In this document: piece by piece, positions 52,288-64,000 of the stretch
How the letters are laid out: every line of letters starts with the position of its first letter
Numbering within the stretch: position 1 is the first letter of the stretch
Assembly (NCBI GenBank): GCA_964199315.1
Contig: OZ116699.1
Location: forward strand, 3,658,001 to 3,722,000
Origin: Orbicella franksi
Taxonomy: Eukaryota
Length of the DNA stretch: 64,000 nucleotides
Direction of reading: 5' to 3'
The notes under the pieces: model-generated
Seen by the model: only the letters and a program-made list of their open reading frames with translations
Told to the model about the DNA's origin: nothing
Databases searched by the model: none
Made by a program: the position numbers and the translations under genes

Positions 52288-53076
52288 AGTCGTCGCGTTT
52301 CTAAATAGATATTTAACTACCTATTTTGTGATCAAGATGCACACAGGAAAGAAGAAACCTATTCAAGTGCAACAGTCCAAATAACGCAAACTACGCGTAC
52401 TGTCTAATTACTTGCGTGACTCAGTCAGTGCCAATCAGATTAATTCGTGAAATTAAATTTGCTATAGTTTTTATTACATGCTAAATCAAACAATCAATCA
52501 ATCAATCATTGGAGCTATGTTGTTGCTATGTTAGGTTGAGTTCCTTTTTACCATGAAGCGAAAATAAATAAGTCAATATTGCATATAAACGGATTTTAAG
52601 GGAGTACCCATCTTATCTTACCCAGATGCTTATTAGAAATGTAGACGTGAACGGAAGAACGAGCAGGCACGGTCAATTAAACCTTGTCTGCCCCTGATTC
52701 AAACGAGAGTCTGAGGGTGAAAGGTCTTTCTCAGCATCGACTAGCCGCCTCTTGAATATGATGCCTGCCCATATCAAAAACCAACCTAACCTTACACGCC
52801 TCAAAAAATCTATTTTTAAACATTTTGTGGACAGTTATAAGGAATTGGACCATTTTATCATGTAAACTTTTAATTTTCCTGTTTTAATTGTTAGACTTTA
52901 GTGTATCTCATATCTCACGTTTTTATATAATCATTGCATATTTGAGAATCACTTTCTGTATTTTTAATTTTAAACACGTAATCTTTTTACTCTGTAAATA
53001 TATTTTTATGAGGGCCACTGGTTTTTCAGTGATTATACTGTTGTGTGCTACCCTCAATAAATAAAGTTGATTGTTG

Positions 53077-53117
<41 letters not shown>

Positions 53118-55252
53118 GTCATCACGATCATTATTATTATGATGTTGTGTTTAAAAATAACCGTTTGGCGCTAGCTACCAAAATTCATGACAACTCTTGT
53201 CGCCACCAAAATGTCATTTTGGTAAACGCTGCCGCACTGAGAAATCCATACCTTCTGTTCCTAGCGAAACAACTTGAAATTAAAAATTAATTAAAAGATC
53301 TGCTGGTTTCCATGTTTGACACAGATTTGGCCTGCTCTGAGGCAGGATGACGGCTCTTTTGAAGTTTGATAAGGGTTGATAAATATGGCAAGGCCAATAA
53401 TGAACTGTCCACACTTTTGGAATCGATGACAGGTATTCCTGCGACTGAAATAAGCAAAAATCTGCCTTGGCGGATTGGCACTAATCATTCTTCCTGACAA
53501 ATACCTCACGAGTGCGTTATGGTCAAAAAACCATTTTTGAAAGATTTAATAAAGCTGAGCAATAAAGAGAATTTAATTTTGTTTACTAAGATATTTGTAG
53601 GATTAGGCTTCAGAAAACCTGAATGACCCTGTATAGCAGGTATTATGGATGAGTTGTGACAGTGCGTAATAGATCAATTTCGATATATTAAGATTCAGCC
53701 TAACACAATAGACCTCAGCACGAGGCTCTGGGGAATAAACCCCACAAACTCTGTAGTTATTTCTCAGAGCCTCGTACTGAGGTCTATTTTTTTAGGCTGA
53801 ATTTTGATTTATCGAAATTGGTCTATTCGAGACAATCACGGATAAAAGTGTTAAAATGAGGAGAACACATAGCTGCCTTGCAGTGCTCCAAATGCGCTTT
53901 CCACAAACGTAACCTTTTAAATTCGATCTGTTCAGTTCAGGACGACAGGTTAAATATTTGCATTTTGGGGGTAATTAAGAGATAAACTTACGATATCTGA
54001 TGTCCTATTATTCATCGACCGATAAAGGGTATCAGGTTTGTTTTGGAAAGGACAGCAGAAGTTTTCTAGCCTTGAAAAGCTGTGCATTAGTTGCTGGTCC
54101 TTGTTAATTTATTCCTTCAGGTAAGAGGTTTTTCTATATTTAATTAATTCAGTGCTGCACAGTTCATAATTTTGAAATTCTAACTGAACTACACAGTTTT
54201 CAGTGTCATGTTTTCGGACCTGTTGGATGACTTGCAAATTATGCAATAGCCTGCATTCGTTCCTTTTAGTCAGAAGCATTCAGTCCCCATAGAGGCCAAA
54301 TCTTAATTTTAGAAGAGGTTGAAGTTGATCGATTACTTGTCACTTTAACATAAATTAGGTTGTGCATTTTACGACGACTCTCCGCGACGTAACTGTTAAT
54401 CTTTGTTGTAACCCGGGGGGAGAGGTAGTCCCTTATAAGGGCTATATAGGAATGTGCGGCGCCAAAGAGTGCGCTGTTTTAGCCGTTTTGGTCAGAAATA
54501 AGGTATCGATTTTGGCAATTTTGGTCTCGAATACGGTATCGAATTTTTAGTCAGATCATAAATAGAGTAGGGAAAATCACAGATTTGGTCTTAAACAGGG
54601 TAAAGTTTTGGGAAGCGGGCCGCACAGTCCCACCCAAATTTTTTTAGAGTTCCCCCCGGAGGTGGTACTGTCGGAAACAGTCGCTATATCCTTCTGTCCT
54701 TCACGACTATAAGCCTTGACAGTGAACAACAAATATTCACTCACTAACTCCATCCTCCAACCTGATCTGTGAAATTGAGACTTATCAAAACGTGAATGGA
54801 AGTAATAGTTTATCAGCAGACCTGGGCTTCAATCTGGATTCCGTGACCAGCGGAATGGGATTATCGGATACGGCTAAGGGATATTTGATGGAGTGCAAAG
54901 GGCGACATGCCATCAATCAGAGCAAAACATGTCTTAAAGTAGTTATCGAGTTTTCTTTCTCGTCGCTCAATATTGCTAGCGTTACGACACAAAACCCACT
55001 AGTGAATTCAACACCACTGCGCACCTTGGAGCTATTGTTTTGATTTGTCGTCTGTGTTTTCATTTATAGCTACATTTGCCTCGAGCCTGAGATAATCCTT
55101 GTTTTACAGCTGGAGTTGAGTTGAATCTAACGCGCGTTCTTATTGTTTGATTTATATATGGTCACGTGGCAATCCTAACTTAATAGCTAATTCTGTAGTG
55201 GTCCCCGGACAGATTGCTCCGTTTCTAACTTTTTTTTTCCTGTTTAGGAGGG

Positions 55253-58200
55253 ATGGCCACTAAAAGTGTGAGGTCTGAAGGCGAGACGCGATCATACGAG
55301 TTTGACGACATTTTTGAACATGTGTCATCTTTTGGAAGATACCAGAAAATCTTGTACTTCTGTACTTGTTTGATGGTTTTCCCTGTAGCAAATCAGTTTT
55401 CCTTGCTAGTATTTGGTTTTGGTACTCCTGGCTTCCACTGTGTCACGCCAAATGTCACGTGTGATCCAAAGAAATGTTGTGACGGATGTACGTCATACGC
55501 GTTTGACGGACCATTTCATAGCACTGTGTCAGAGGTAAGTATAGTTTCAACAACAATCTTTCCACTACGAAACTAAACAGCATTTAAAAAAAGACGTCTT
55601 TTTTGTTTGCTTTCTTACTTGCTAGTGGAACCTAATATGTGACCGCGCATTCCTGGGCGCTACTATTCAGTCTTGTTTCTTCGCTGGAATGTTGGTTGGT
55701 TCAATTGTGACCGGGATTTTGTCCGACGCCTGGGGCCGAAAGAATTGCATTTTTATTTGCAACGCTGTCATGGTGAGTTAGTTTTGAGGGTGAACTACGA
55801 AAGTACACTGAATTAAAATGTAAACTTAACTTCTCACAGTGTATTGTATTGTGTTTTTCAGGTTGTTACAGGATTCAGTTCAGCGTTTGTTCATTCCATC
55901 CCTTTGTTTACTGTTCTTCGGTTCATGGTTGGTTTTGGGCTCACGGGAGTTATGCTATCCCATTACATTTACCTCTTGGAGTTGGTTGGACCGAAAACAA
56001 GAACAGCTGCTGGCAATATAGGTTATTTTTACTACAATGGTTTTCAGATGTTGTTTGTCCTGATCGCTTATTTTGAACGTGATTGGAGAAATCTGCTAAT
56101 GATTGTTACTCTGCCAGCAGTGTTGCTGTTTCCTTTTTGGAAGTAAGTAAATGAAACGCAGAATTCAAATCCCTGTAAAATGAGAGAACATCTTGTCTTG
56201 AGTGCCCATCGCAAAGTTAATTAGTTGCAAGAATATGCAATTTTGTTTCACTTTTTTGTCGCAGACTTCACACAAGTCTATTTCTCGAGTTTCAAGGTGG
56301 AATAGCAAAGCGAGCGCATTGAGCTGCGCAAAATATTTCTTGCAATACCAGCGTCACAAGATCGCTAGATCGTTCCTCGGTACACTTAGAAACTCGCTCA
56401 TTCACACGTTAGTTCGTTGACAAGTTGCCTTGTTCTCACGTTAGTTCGTTCACGCGTAAGCTAGTTCACACGTTAGGTCGTTCACCGGCACGTTACCTCG
56501 TTCACACGTTGCCTCGTTCACACGTTACCTCGGTCACACTTTACCTCGTTCACAAGTTACCTCGTTCACAAGTTACCTCGTTTACACCATAGTTAGTTGC
56601 TGGCCCCTGTTAATTTATGTTTACACGTTAGCTCCTTCACTTAGTTTGTGGTCATTGCTCTTTTTAATAGCTTGACCAACCGAGACGGGACCATCGAAAT
56701 GGATGTAAACACCAACAGCACTATCTCTTCTCTACTGACACCAAAGTACTCAATGTGTTATCGTGACTCAAGACGTTAACTTAGTTGAAAATATTACAAA
56801 AAAAACACTGAAGGTTTATACTTTCCATAGATGTATTCCAGAATCCCCTCGATGGCTCATTGCCCACGATCGTCTGGACGAAGCTCAATCTATCATCGAG
56901 CGTTTTGGAGTCAAAAAAGGCAAACCTGTAGACTCAGGGGAGTTAAGGGCGCTCTTGGAGAATGTAAGAAGAGACCAGTTAGAACGACAACGAGAAGAAA
57001 AGAAATACTCACCGATGGACTTGTTTCGCACTCCAAAGCTGAGAAAATGGACAGCAATCATCTGCTATCAGTGGTAGGAACATTACATGTATTGTATTGT
57101 GCTTGCGTTTAAGTCTCCGTGGCATAGTTGGTAGAACATAGGGTTTGTGAAAACAAGAGAAGGTTCTTAGTATATAAATTTAAAATGCAGGCTGATTGAA
57201 AAAACCGTTTAGGGTACCAGAACTCAGAATGTAAACTTAAAGAAGCTAAGTTCTACCGACTTGCTCGTGGCCTTCACCTTACAGTATTAGGAGCCCATCA
57301 CTAGGAGCGTGGAACTACCCCATATTCCTGCCACGGCGTTTTCACGGACCGATCTATTATTAGTTTGAATTGACCGCGAGTTCAGATCCCCGCAGGAACC
57401 TCAGTGACCAATTACAAGCACGGACTTAAGTTTAACTGACATCATCATTTCACCGGAAGATTAAAAGAAAAACCGCCATATTTTCCTCATTGATGCGCGG
57501 TTACATAGACAGGAACTGACCTATTTCGTAGGAAAATAAGCCTAAAAATAGATCGGTGTGTGAAAATGCCGTGACATAGGCTTAGTATGGGAGTTGCACG
57601 CTCCTAGTGATGGACTCCTGACAGTATCTGGTAAACGATTATCCCGGACGTCTCCACTCTGAACAAGGAAAGTGAAAAATATCTATCAAGTTTGTAATTT
57701 TCATTAGATCAACCCTCTTAAATGAAAAACTAAAACAAATGAAAGGGGTTACGTTGACCCAAACGCCAGGAAAACAAAGCGAAATTCTGCAGAATCGAGA
57801 TATAAAAGTTATAATCGAACTGCCGAAGAAAATTCACCAACATGATTTCGTTACTACTGTTAAAGCCACGGTGCATAAAATAATCTTGGACAATTCAACT
57901 AAGGACTAAAATTTTACATGAACACTGATTTTGCAGGTTTGTCGTGGCACTTGTCAGTTTCGGGATGTTTATATTCATCTCTCAGCTGGTTGGTAATCTT
58001 TACGTTAATTACACCGTAATGGAGATTATTACAGTTCTCAGGATACCAGCCACTTGGATCCTGTACTTAAAGTAAGGAAGGTTTATTTTTTTCTCAATTT
58101 TAAACTCTTGTTCAGTGGAACCCTGTTGATTCTGTCACCAACGGGCCACAAAAATCTGGCCATATCAAATAAGAAAGTGACTGACTGAACTTTTGTTCGG

Positions 58201-61200
58201 TCCAGAATAAAGTGGGCGTAATAACGCCGGAAGTAACCGCATTAACGGGTGGTCGTAAGGCGGAGTTCCAATGTACATGCTAATGCGAATTAAGGCTTCT
58301 TCATCTGATAGGAGGACATTTAATACGTAAATTGTCTTGTTTGTGTGTTTGTTTGTTTGTTGGCTTTTTCATTGTTTATTAGATTTGGCCGCCGTATTTG
58401 CCATAGCATCATCATGATCTTGGTTGGAGTCACGTTCTTACTGGTTTTACTGGTGCATAAAGGTAAAAAAAAAAAAAAAAATTAAAAACTAGTTGACATT
58501 CCTATGTGTCAGCTCGTTCGGTTATCGTATTTAATCAGTAGAACAAATATGTGGGAATACGTTTAAATTAAATTCCAAACTCGATCGAGTACAATCACCC
58601 CATTAGCTTCAATAGCTTGTGATTAACGAATGATCAGTGGTCGAGATAAATAAAACCAGAGATATAGTTGAAGTGCCATTAGTCATTGGCGACTGAAATG
58701 ATCTCGAGAAATGATCTCGAGAAATGGAAGAAATTTGAACGAATCCGTGTGCGGTATGAAATAGTATTTGTAGCATGAAAAGTGAGAGGCTTATTTCAGA
58801 CATCAAAACTTTGTTCAAGACCACTCGCACGCTCAAGGTCGTATCCAACACGTGGTAATACTCTTTGCTTTGTGAGATTATAATGCAGTGTTAATAGTGG
58901 AAAGGCATAATCGTTCAATGCGATGATGCATTATTTTTAGAATCCCCTGTGGCGACCACAGTACTGTCTCTCTTTGGATTCCTTCTGATTGACTGCACTT
59001 GGACAAGTATTTATCTGATGACTTCTGAACTTTTTCCGACCGTGCTGAGGTAGGTCCCCTGCCCTTTATCCCTACTTACCTCCTCCAGTTTCGTTATTTC
59101 CGGGCCCTGCTCTTGCTTCATCTCCTTCTCTTGCTTCTCCTCCTCTCTCTACTCTTCTTCTGTTTTCTATTCCTTCTTATTCTACTCCTTCTACTTCTTC
59201 TCCTCTGTTTTTCTCCTCTTGCGTAAATAGTCAGTGTCAAGCCATTATCTTACAATGCTAGCTCCGGACTACGACTGCTCTATTTCTAAACACATTGAGG
59301 CAACGAATGGTACAGATATTATGATGTTGGCCAGGGAAACGGAAAACGACAGCCCTCGCAAGGTACAAAAAACATCTGACTTTTAATCATACGCTTAAAA
59401 GAGAGAACATTCTACCTCCGAACCTGAAGTTCACTCCGCTTATCAGAAGTAAGGCAGGCTATAGAATCGCTAGAAATACAGACCTTAAGAACTTGAGACT
59501 GCGAATAACACAATGTCATCAGAGCATACGAAATTTACAGACGGAGATAAGAGAGCTCTTTGCAAAACCTTGACGACCACCTTTCTCGTGAGGATATGCT
59601 CGCTCTCCAAAATGTTGTGAGGCAAACATCTGAGACAATTTCAGAAAGGTTAGCTGAAACGCACGGGAGAAAAATCAACGACCTAATAAGCAAAGAGACG
59701 CCACGATCGACCGTGGTTGACCAGGAGAAATGGGCTATCCAAACGGGATTTGACTCCTGTTGAGATTATGGCCCGCAAGAAAGGACTAAATTTCTCTACC
59801 ACTCCAAAGAAAGTTCCTGTTTCAAAACTACTCTCCTCCATAGAAACGGGTATTCGCAGTCTGAGTCAATCAGCCAAGGACACGATACGTGTCTCAGTTG
59901 CTAACGCCTTGAAAACTTGCAAATTGCCCGCAACGGTTAACATAACAAAAAAAAAAAGAAAGGGCATTGAACGACCTGAGAAAAGATGAGGAGGTAACAG
60001 TTGTTTCTGCCGATAAAGGGAGATCCGTAGTGGTAATGGATAAGGATGAATACCAAGAAAAAGTATCTGTTTTATTGAACGATAAAAACACTTATTTGAA
60101 AATCACACGCAAAAGATCAAATCCAGCATCAAGCGTCAAAAAAGAAATCTGAACAAACTTTTGCTTAACATCAAACGAGAGGAAAAGAATGACAGCAGAT
60201 CACAAATTGGACCGGGATTGTACAAAAAACTACATTGCAGCAATTCAACACCAGCGTTGTTTTATGGTCTCCTGAAAATTCATAAACCTGAAAGACCACA
60301 CAGACTCATCACTAGCAGCATAGGTAGGTCCACGTGCGCCGTATCCAAACATCTTGTTTCCATTCTGTCCCCTCTTCGGAGAAACCGCTTCTCCGTCATA
60401 TAACAGTTCAGAATTTGCTCAAAAGCTACAGCAACGTTCTGTCGCAGGTGACGAAATCGTGATCTCTTTTGACGTTAAATCTTTATTCACTTCCATTCCT
60501 GTGGATCTAGCTCTAACCATCGCCAACGAGAGGCTCCAAAAAGATCAGGATCTAGCGGCGAAACGTACAAATATGTCCTTCAGCAACATCATGAGGCGGT
60601 AAGATTTTGTTGCCGATCACAACTACTTCAAACACGACAACATCCATTACAAACAAATCTTTGGATGTGCGAGGGGCTCGCCAATCAGTCCCGTTATAGC
60701 CGACGTCGTAATAGAAGAGATTGGAGAAACTGCCATCACCACAGCTCTCCACCTCGCTAAGCGGTGGTTCCGTTACGTTGATGACAGTCACACGTGTCTT
60801 AGAAAAGACCAAATGGATGAGTTTCACCAACATCTCAATTCAATTAACCCCAACATACAGTTCAATCTAGAACGTGAGGACACCAAGGTACAAGGACTAC
60901 CTTTTCTAGACACTATCACAACAAGGAGGGATACCTAGCTTGAAGTGAATGTCTACAGAAAGCCAACACACAGAGACCGCTATCTCGATTTCAATTCTCA
61001 CCACCCATGTGCCATAAGAGATCTGTAGTCAGTATCTTGCTACGCAGGGCTCAGAACATACCATCAACACAGAAAGGGAAACGCGAAGAAACGAAACGAA
61101 TTAAGGCTGTACTGCGAGACAACAACTATCCCTCATCCTTCATCAATAGCTGCGAAAGATCGCTGTCGAAACTCCCCACCGATCTACAATCCATTGGTTT

Positions 61201-63252
61201 CGTGGTGCGACTCTATGTACAGGGCATTTCGGAAAGTATCAGTCGAATCTTAAGGCAACAACAAATCAAAGTCGCCTTCAAACCATTGAGAAATGTGAAC
61301 AGTTTGTTCCCGCGACCGAAAGCCCGGGAAAAGGTTGACCGGCCACAATCTGGCACAGTGCACAAAATCAGTTGCACAAACTGAACGTATCAATGAAAAC
61401 TCGGATTACAGAAAACAAAAGGGGTGTTTCTATGTTCGACCATGACTCTAAGATCTCCTGCCATGTCCACGAATACAACCACAAAATGGATTTTGGAACT
61501 GTCAGAGTTGTTGGACAAGAGGCTAACTTTCACGAGCGACCCTTCTTGGTAGCCTGGATGTCAATAAAGGATCCGCAATCTGGAAACGACCACATCGTCA
61601 TCCCAGAAGTCTACGAGTCTAGTCTTTGGCACGCGCAGAAGTCTCGCGCTACGTTTTCTTGAAACTTCACGCGGAATTTTCCTCAGCGCGCTTTCAACGT
61701 GCTGTGTTTTGAATCACACGTGCTAACGTTAGATTTCAGCTGATGAAGGCTCAAGCACCAGCCGAAACGTGTTGAACAAAACATCAAAAAAAATAGTCAG
61801 TGCCAAACCATTATCTTATAATGGTGTCAAGTCGCTTAAACTAGTACTGTTATCGTGAGCAATATGGGCATCACAGGATTGGTTATCTTTTAACCCTCCT
61901 GAGATCGAAAACTGACTTCTTTCTCTCTATCCTCACTTGATAGTTATACGCTGAACAAAACTGTTCTGGATCGACGTTTTACGACAAAAAATTTAAACAA
62001 GCAAAGCGATGCAAATAATTTTGTGATTGTCTTAAGCCTTGTTAAATTACACACATGGAAAGTTACTTAACAAAGAAAGAAGCCTAAGCCGTGTATTACA
62101 CTGTGATAAAACACGACGGGCATTTGAAACACGGGGAAAATGAAGAAAACACGAGCCGCAGGCGAGTGTTTTCTACATTTCTCGAGCCGGTTCTCAAATG
62201 TCCGGAGTGTTCTATCGCAGTGTAATACACGGCTTAGGCTTCTTCATTTGCTTTATGATATAGAGGTAATGTGGCGAAAAACAATAAAACACGCTTTTTC
62301 TATGTTTTATACTCTGATAAAACATGGGGTTTTGACCAATCAGAGCGCTCACAGGGTCCTATCTATATTATAGATAAAAATAAGTTTCCATGTGTGGAAC
62401 TTAGTAAAGTTTGAGAGAATCGCAAAATTATTTGTGTCTGTTTGTTTAAATCTTTTGTTGTAAAACCTCAATCCAGAACAGTTTTGTCGAGCGTACTAAC
62501 AGACAATATCATCCTTCCTCATTGTCTTTTATATGCCCTACCCTCGGAATGCTCTTTGTATCTAGAATAATCTTGTCGATCTTGTCGAAATCAACCTTTT
62601 CAGGAACACAGCTCAAGGAACAGGATCTACAAGCGCTCGAGTTGGTGGAATTTTAGCTCCATATGTCGCTTTGATGGTGAGTCTGTAGTGAATTAAAACA
62701 CAGCTTAAGCCGAAAACCTTGAAGTGATGATGTTTGCGCTAGGCATCAATTAAAATTCATAGGGCATGTCGCGAGTATACCCAGTTTCACACGGGTGTGA
62801 TTTCCCATCGCGTGAAAAGCCCGCGATTTTGTCCTTACTGTATTAATGTTAATTATTCTTGAAGCCGTGGTAACATGTCATTTCGGGTGTTGGCATATAC
62901 GGCAAAAATAGCTGTTCTGAGCGCCGATCTTTGCATGTTGTTGTATCTTGTAAGGTTAGTACGATGTAAATACAGCAAGCAAGCTACTTCTCAACATTGA
63001 CCAACGCGTTCGTTTCATTTACATCACCAGGGGCAGTTACCAGGTCTCAGCATTGCGTTTCCAGTGGCCATTTTCGGCGTGGTTGCAACTCTTGCTGGGA
63101 TATTGATGTACTGGATTCCAGAGACGCTCTTCTCACCAATGCACCAAACCATCGAGGAAACGGAAGCGGCCGAAGATGATTATGGGATACCTTGTTGTGG
63201 CAAAAAAAACCAGTCTCCCAGACCTAAATCACGCCAAGTAATATGGCTTTAA
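55253..63252 (+). CDS. SLC22-family transporter gene, copy D; 9 exons, 523 aa
   Basis: Exons 55253-55534, 55626-55772, 55862-56142, 56831-57073, 57937-58071, 58383-58462, 58941-59049, 62604-62676, 63031-63252 sum to 1572 nt. The C-terminus QSPRPKSRQVIWL matches copy B. Confidence 0.93.
59226..61823 (+). mobile_element. Penelope-like retroelement, duplicate in intron 7 of copy D
   Basis: Same motifs and terminal repeat (aaatagtcagtgycaarccattatcttayaatg) as 47124-49729. Confidence 0.93.
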
Positions 63253-64000
63253 AATTAGGATAGAAGTAACCGTCGCTGGTGCTGAATGCATTCCAAAGTC
63301 CCTTTACCTACCGTTCTTGAGTTATTGTAATTAATCTACCACGAGGACTTTTCTTTTCATAGCGTTGGTAATCCAAAACGCTCCATCTATGCTGACTTAT
63401 GAGTAGGCTCCACACAAATCCAGGAAATAGTAACACATTAAAAGAGGCTTGGCCGTTAAAAATTGTCCTTTTAAAAATTTTGATTTAAGAAGCGACGACG
63501 ACGAAATCTCTAATTTTGAGACAGCGTCTCCCAAAACCAAATAGACTCTTCAAAATTTTTTTATGATTTCTGTGATACTCTTAAAAATGGGCGAACACAA
63601 GTAATTTTCATCTCGGCTTCTTTCAAATGGCAGGTGAATGACGGGATTTTAGAGTTGTCAAATGTTGAGAGGCAGGACAATCGCTTATTCTTTTTCTGGG
63701 TCTTTTCTACCTCAAGGAACCACATCAGCTCCAAACATTTAATATTAATTGATATACTTATTTGTCCTTCCTGCCCTTTCTGCCCCTCTGAGATTCAAAA
63801 CATACGTCAGTTGTTTATTAGCTGCGCTCAAGCGTCTTCTTTTTGGGATAAGTTCCAAAGTTGGTATTCTACCGTAAGCGAATGCGAGTTTACTTCTCTC
63901 CGAGCCAGAGGTGTTATTTGGAATTACTCGTCCCTGTGCGCACCGTTTGAACCTCAAAAACCTCATAATGCCAAGCAAATATTTTTTTTTTTATATATCA

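Larger units (their letters stand above)
52288..64000 (+). repeat. Tandem segmental duplication, unit 2 (truncated by the window)
   Basis: Colinear copy of 40267-51906 with scattered substitutions and small indels. Confidence 0.95.

Overview
Eukaryotic, intron-rich, AT-rich genomic DNA. The repeat families and gene content suggest a cnidarian, probably a stony coral (inference). The ORF track mostly shows single exons or noise, so genes were rebuilt by hand from GT-AG junctions. The window holds four 9-exon SLC22 (organic cation transporter-like, MFS) paralogues with identical internal exon lengths (147/281/243/135/80/109/73 nt): A (minus, runs off the left edge), B (minus), C and D (plus). 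C and D lie in a ~12 kb near-identical tandem duplication (40267-52287 and 52288 to the window end). A two-exon Not-class homeobox gene (37611-36149, minus) sits between B and C, with a possible decayed second Not copy downstream. Mobile elements: a PIF/Harbinger DNA transposon (17-bp TIR, 3-bp TSD); an internally deleted AcademH-type element (53-bp TIR, 9-bp TSD, RecQ-like helicase, ZAD-like zinc finger); a decayed Penelope retroelement with a candidate hammerhead ribozyme in each duplicated unit; three kinds of non-LTR 3' fragments; a tRNA-derived SINE; and many MITEs. I found no clearly new multi-gene system. The best leads are the AcademH derivative, the Penelope ribozyme motif, the candidate Not pseudogene, the SLC22 duplication with a C-terminal frameshift, and a 3' UTR block more conserved than the adjacent coding sequence. 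All alignments and counts were done by eye.
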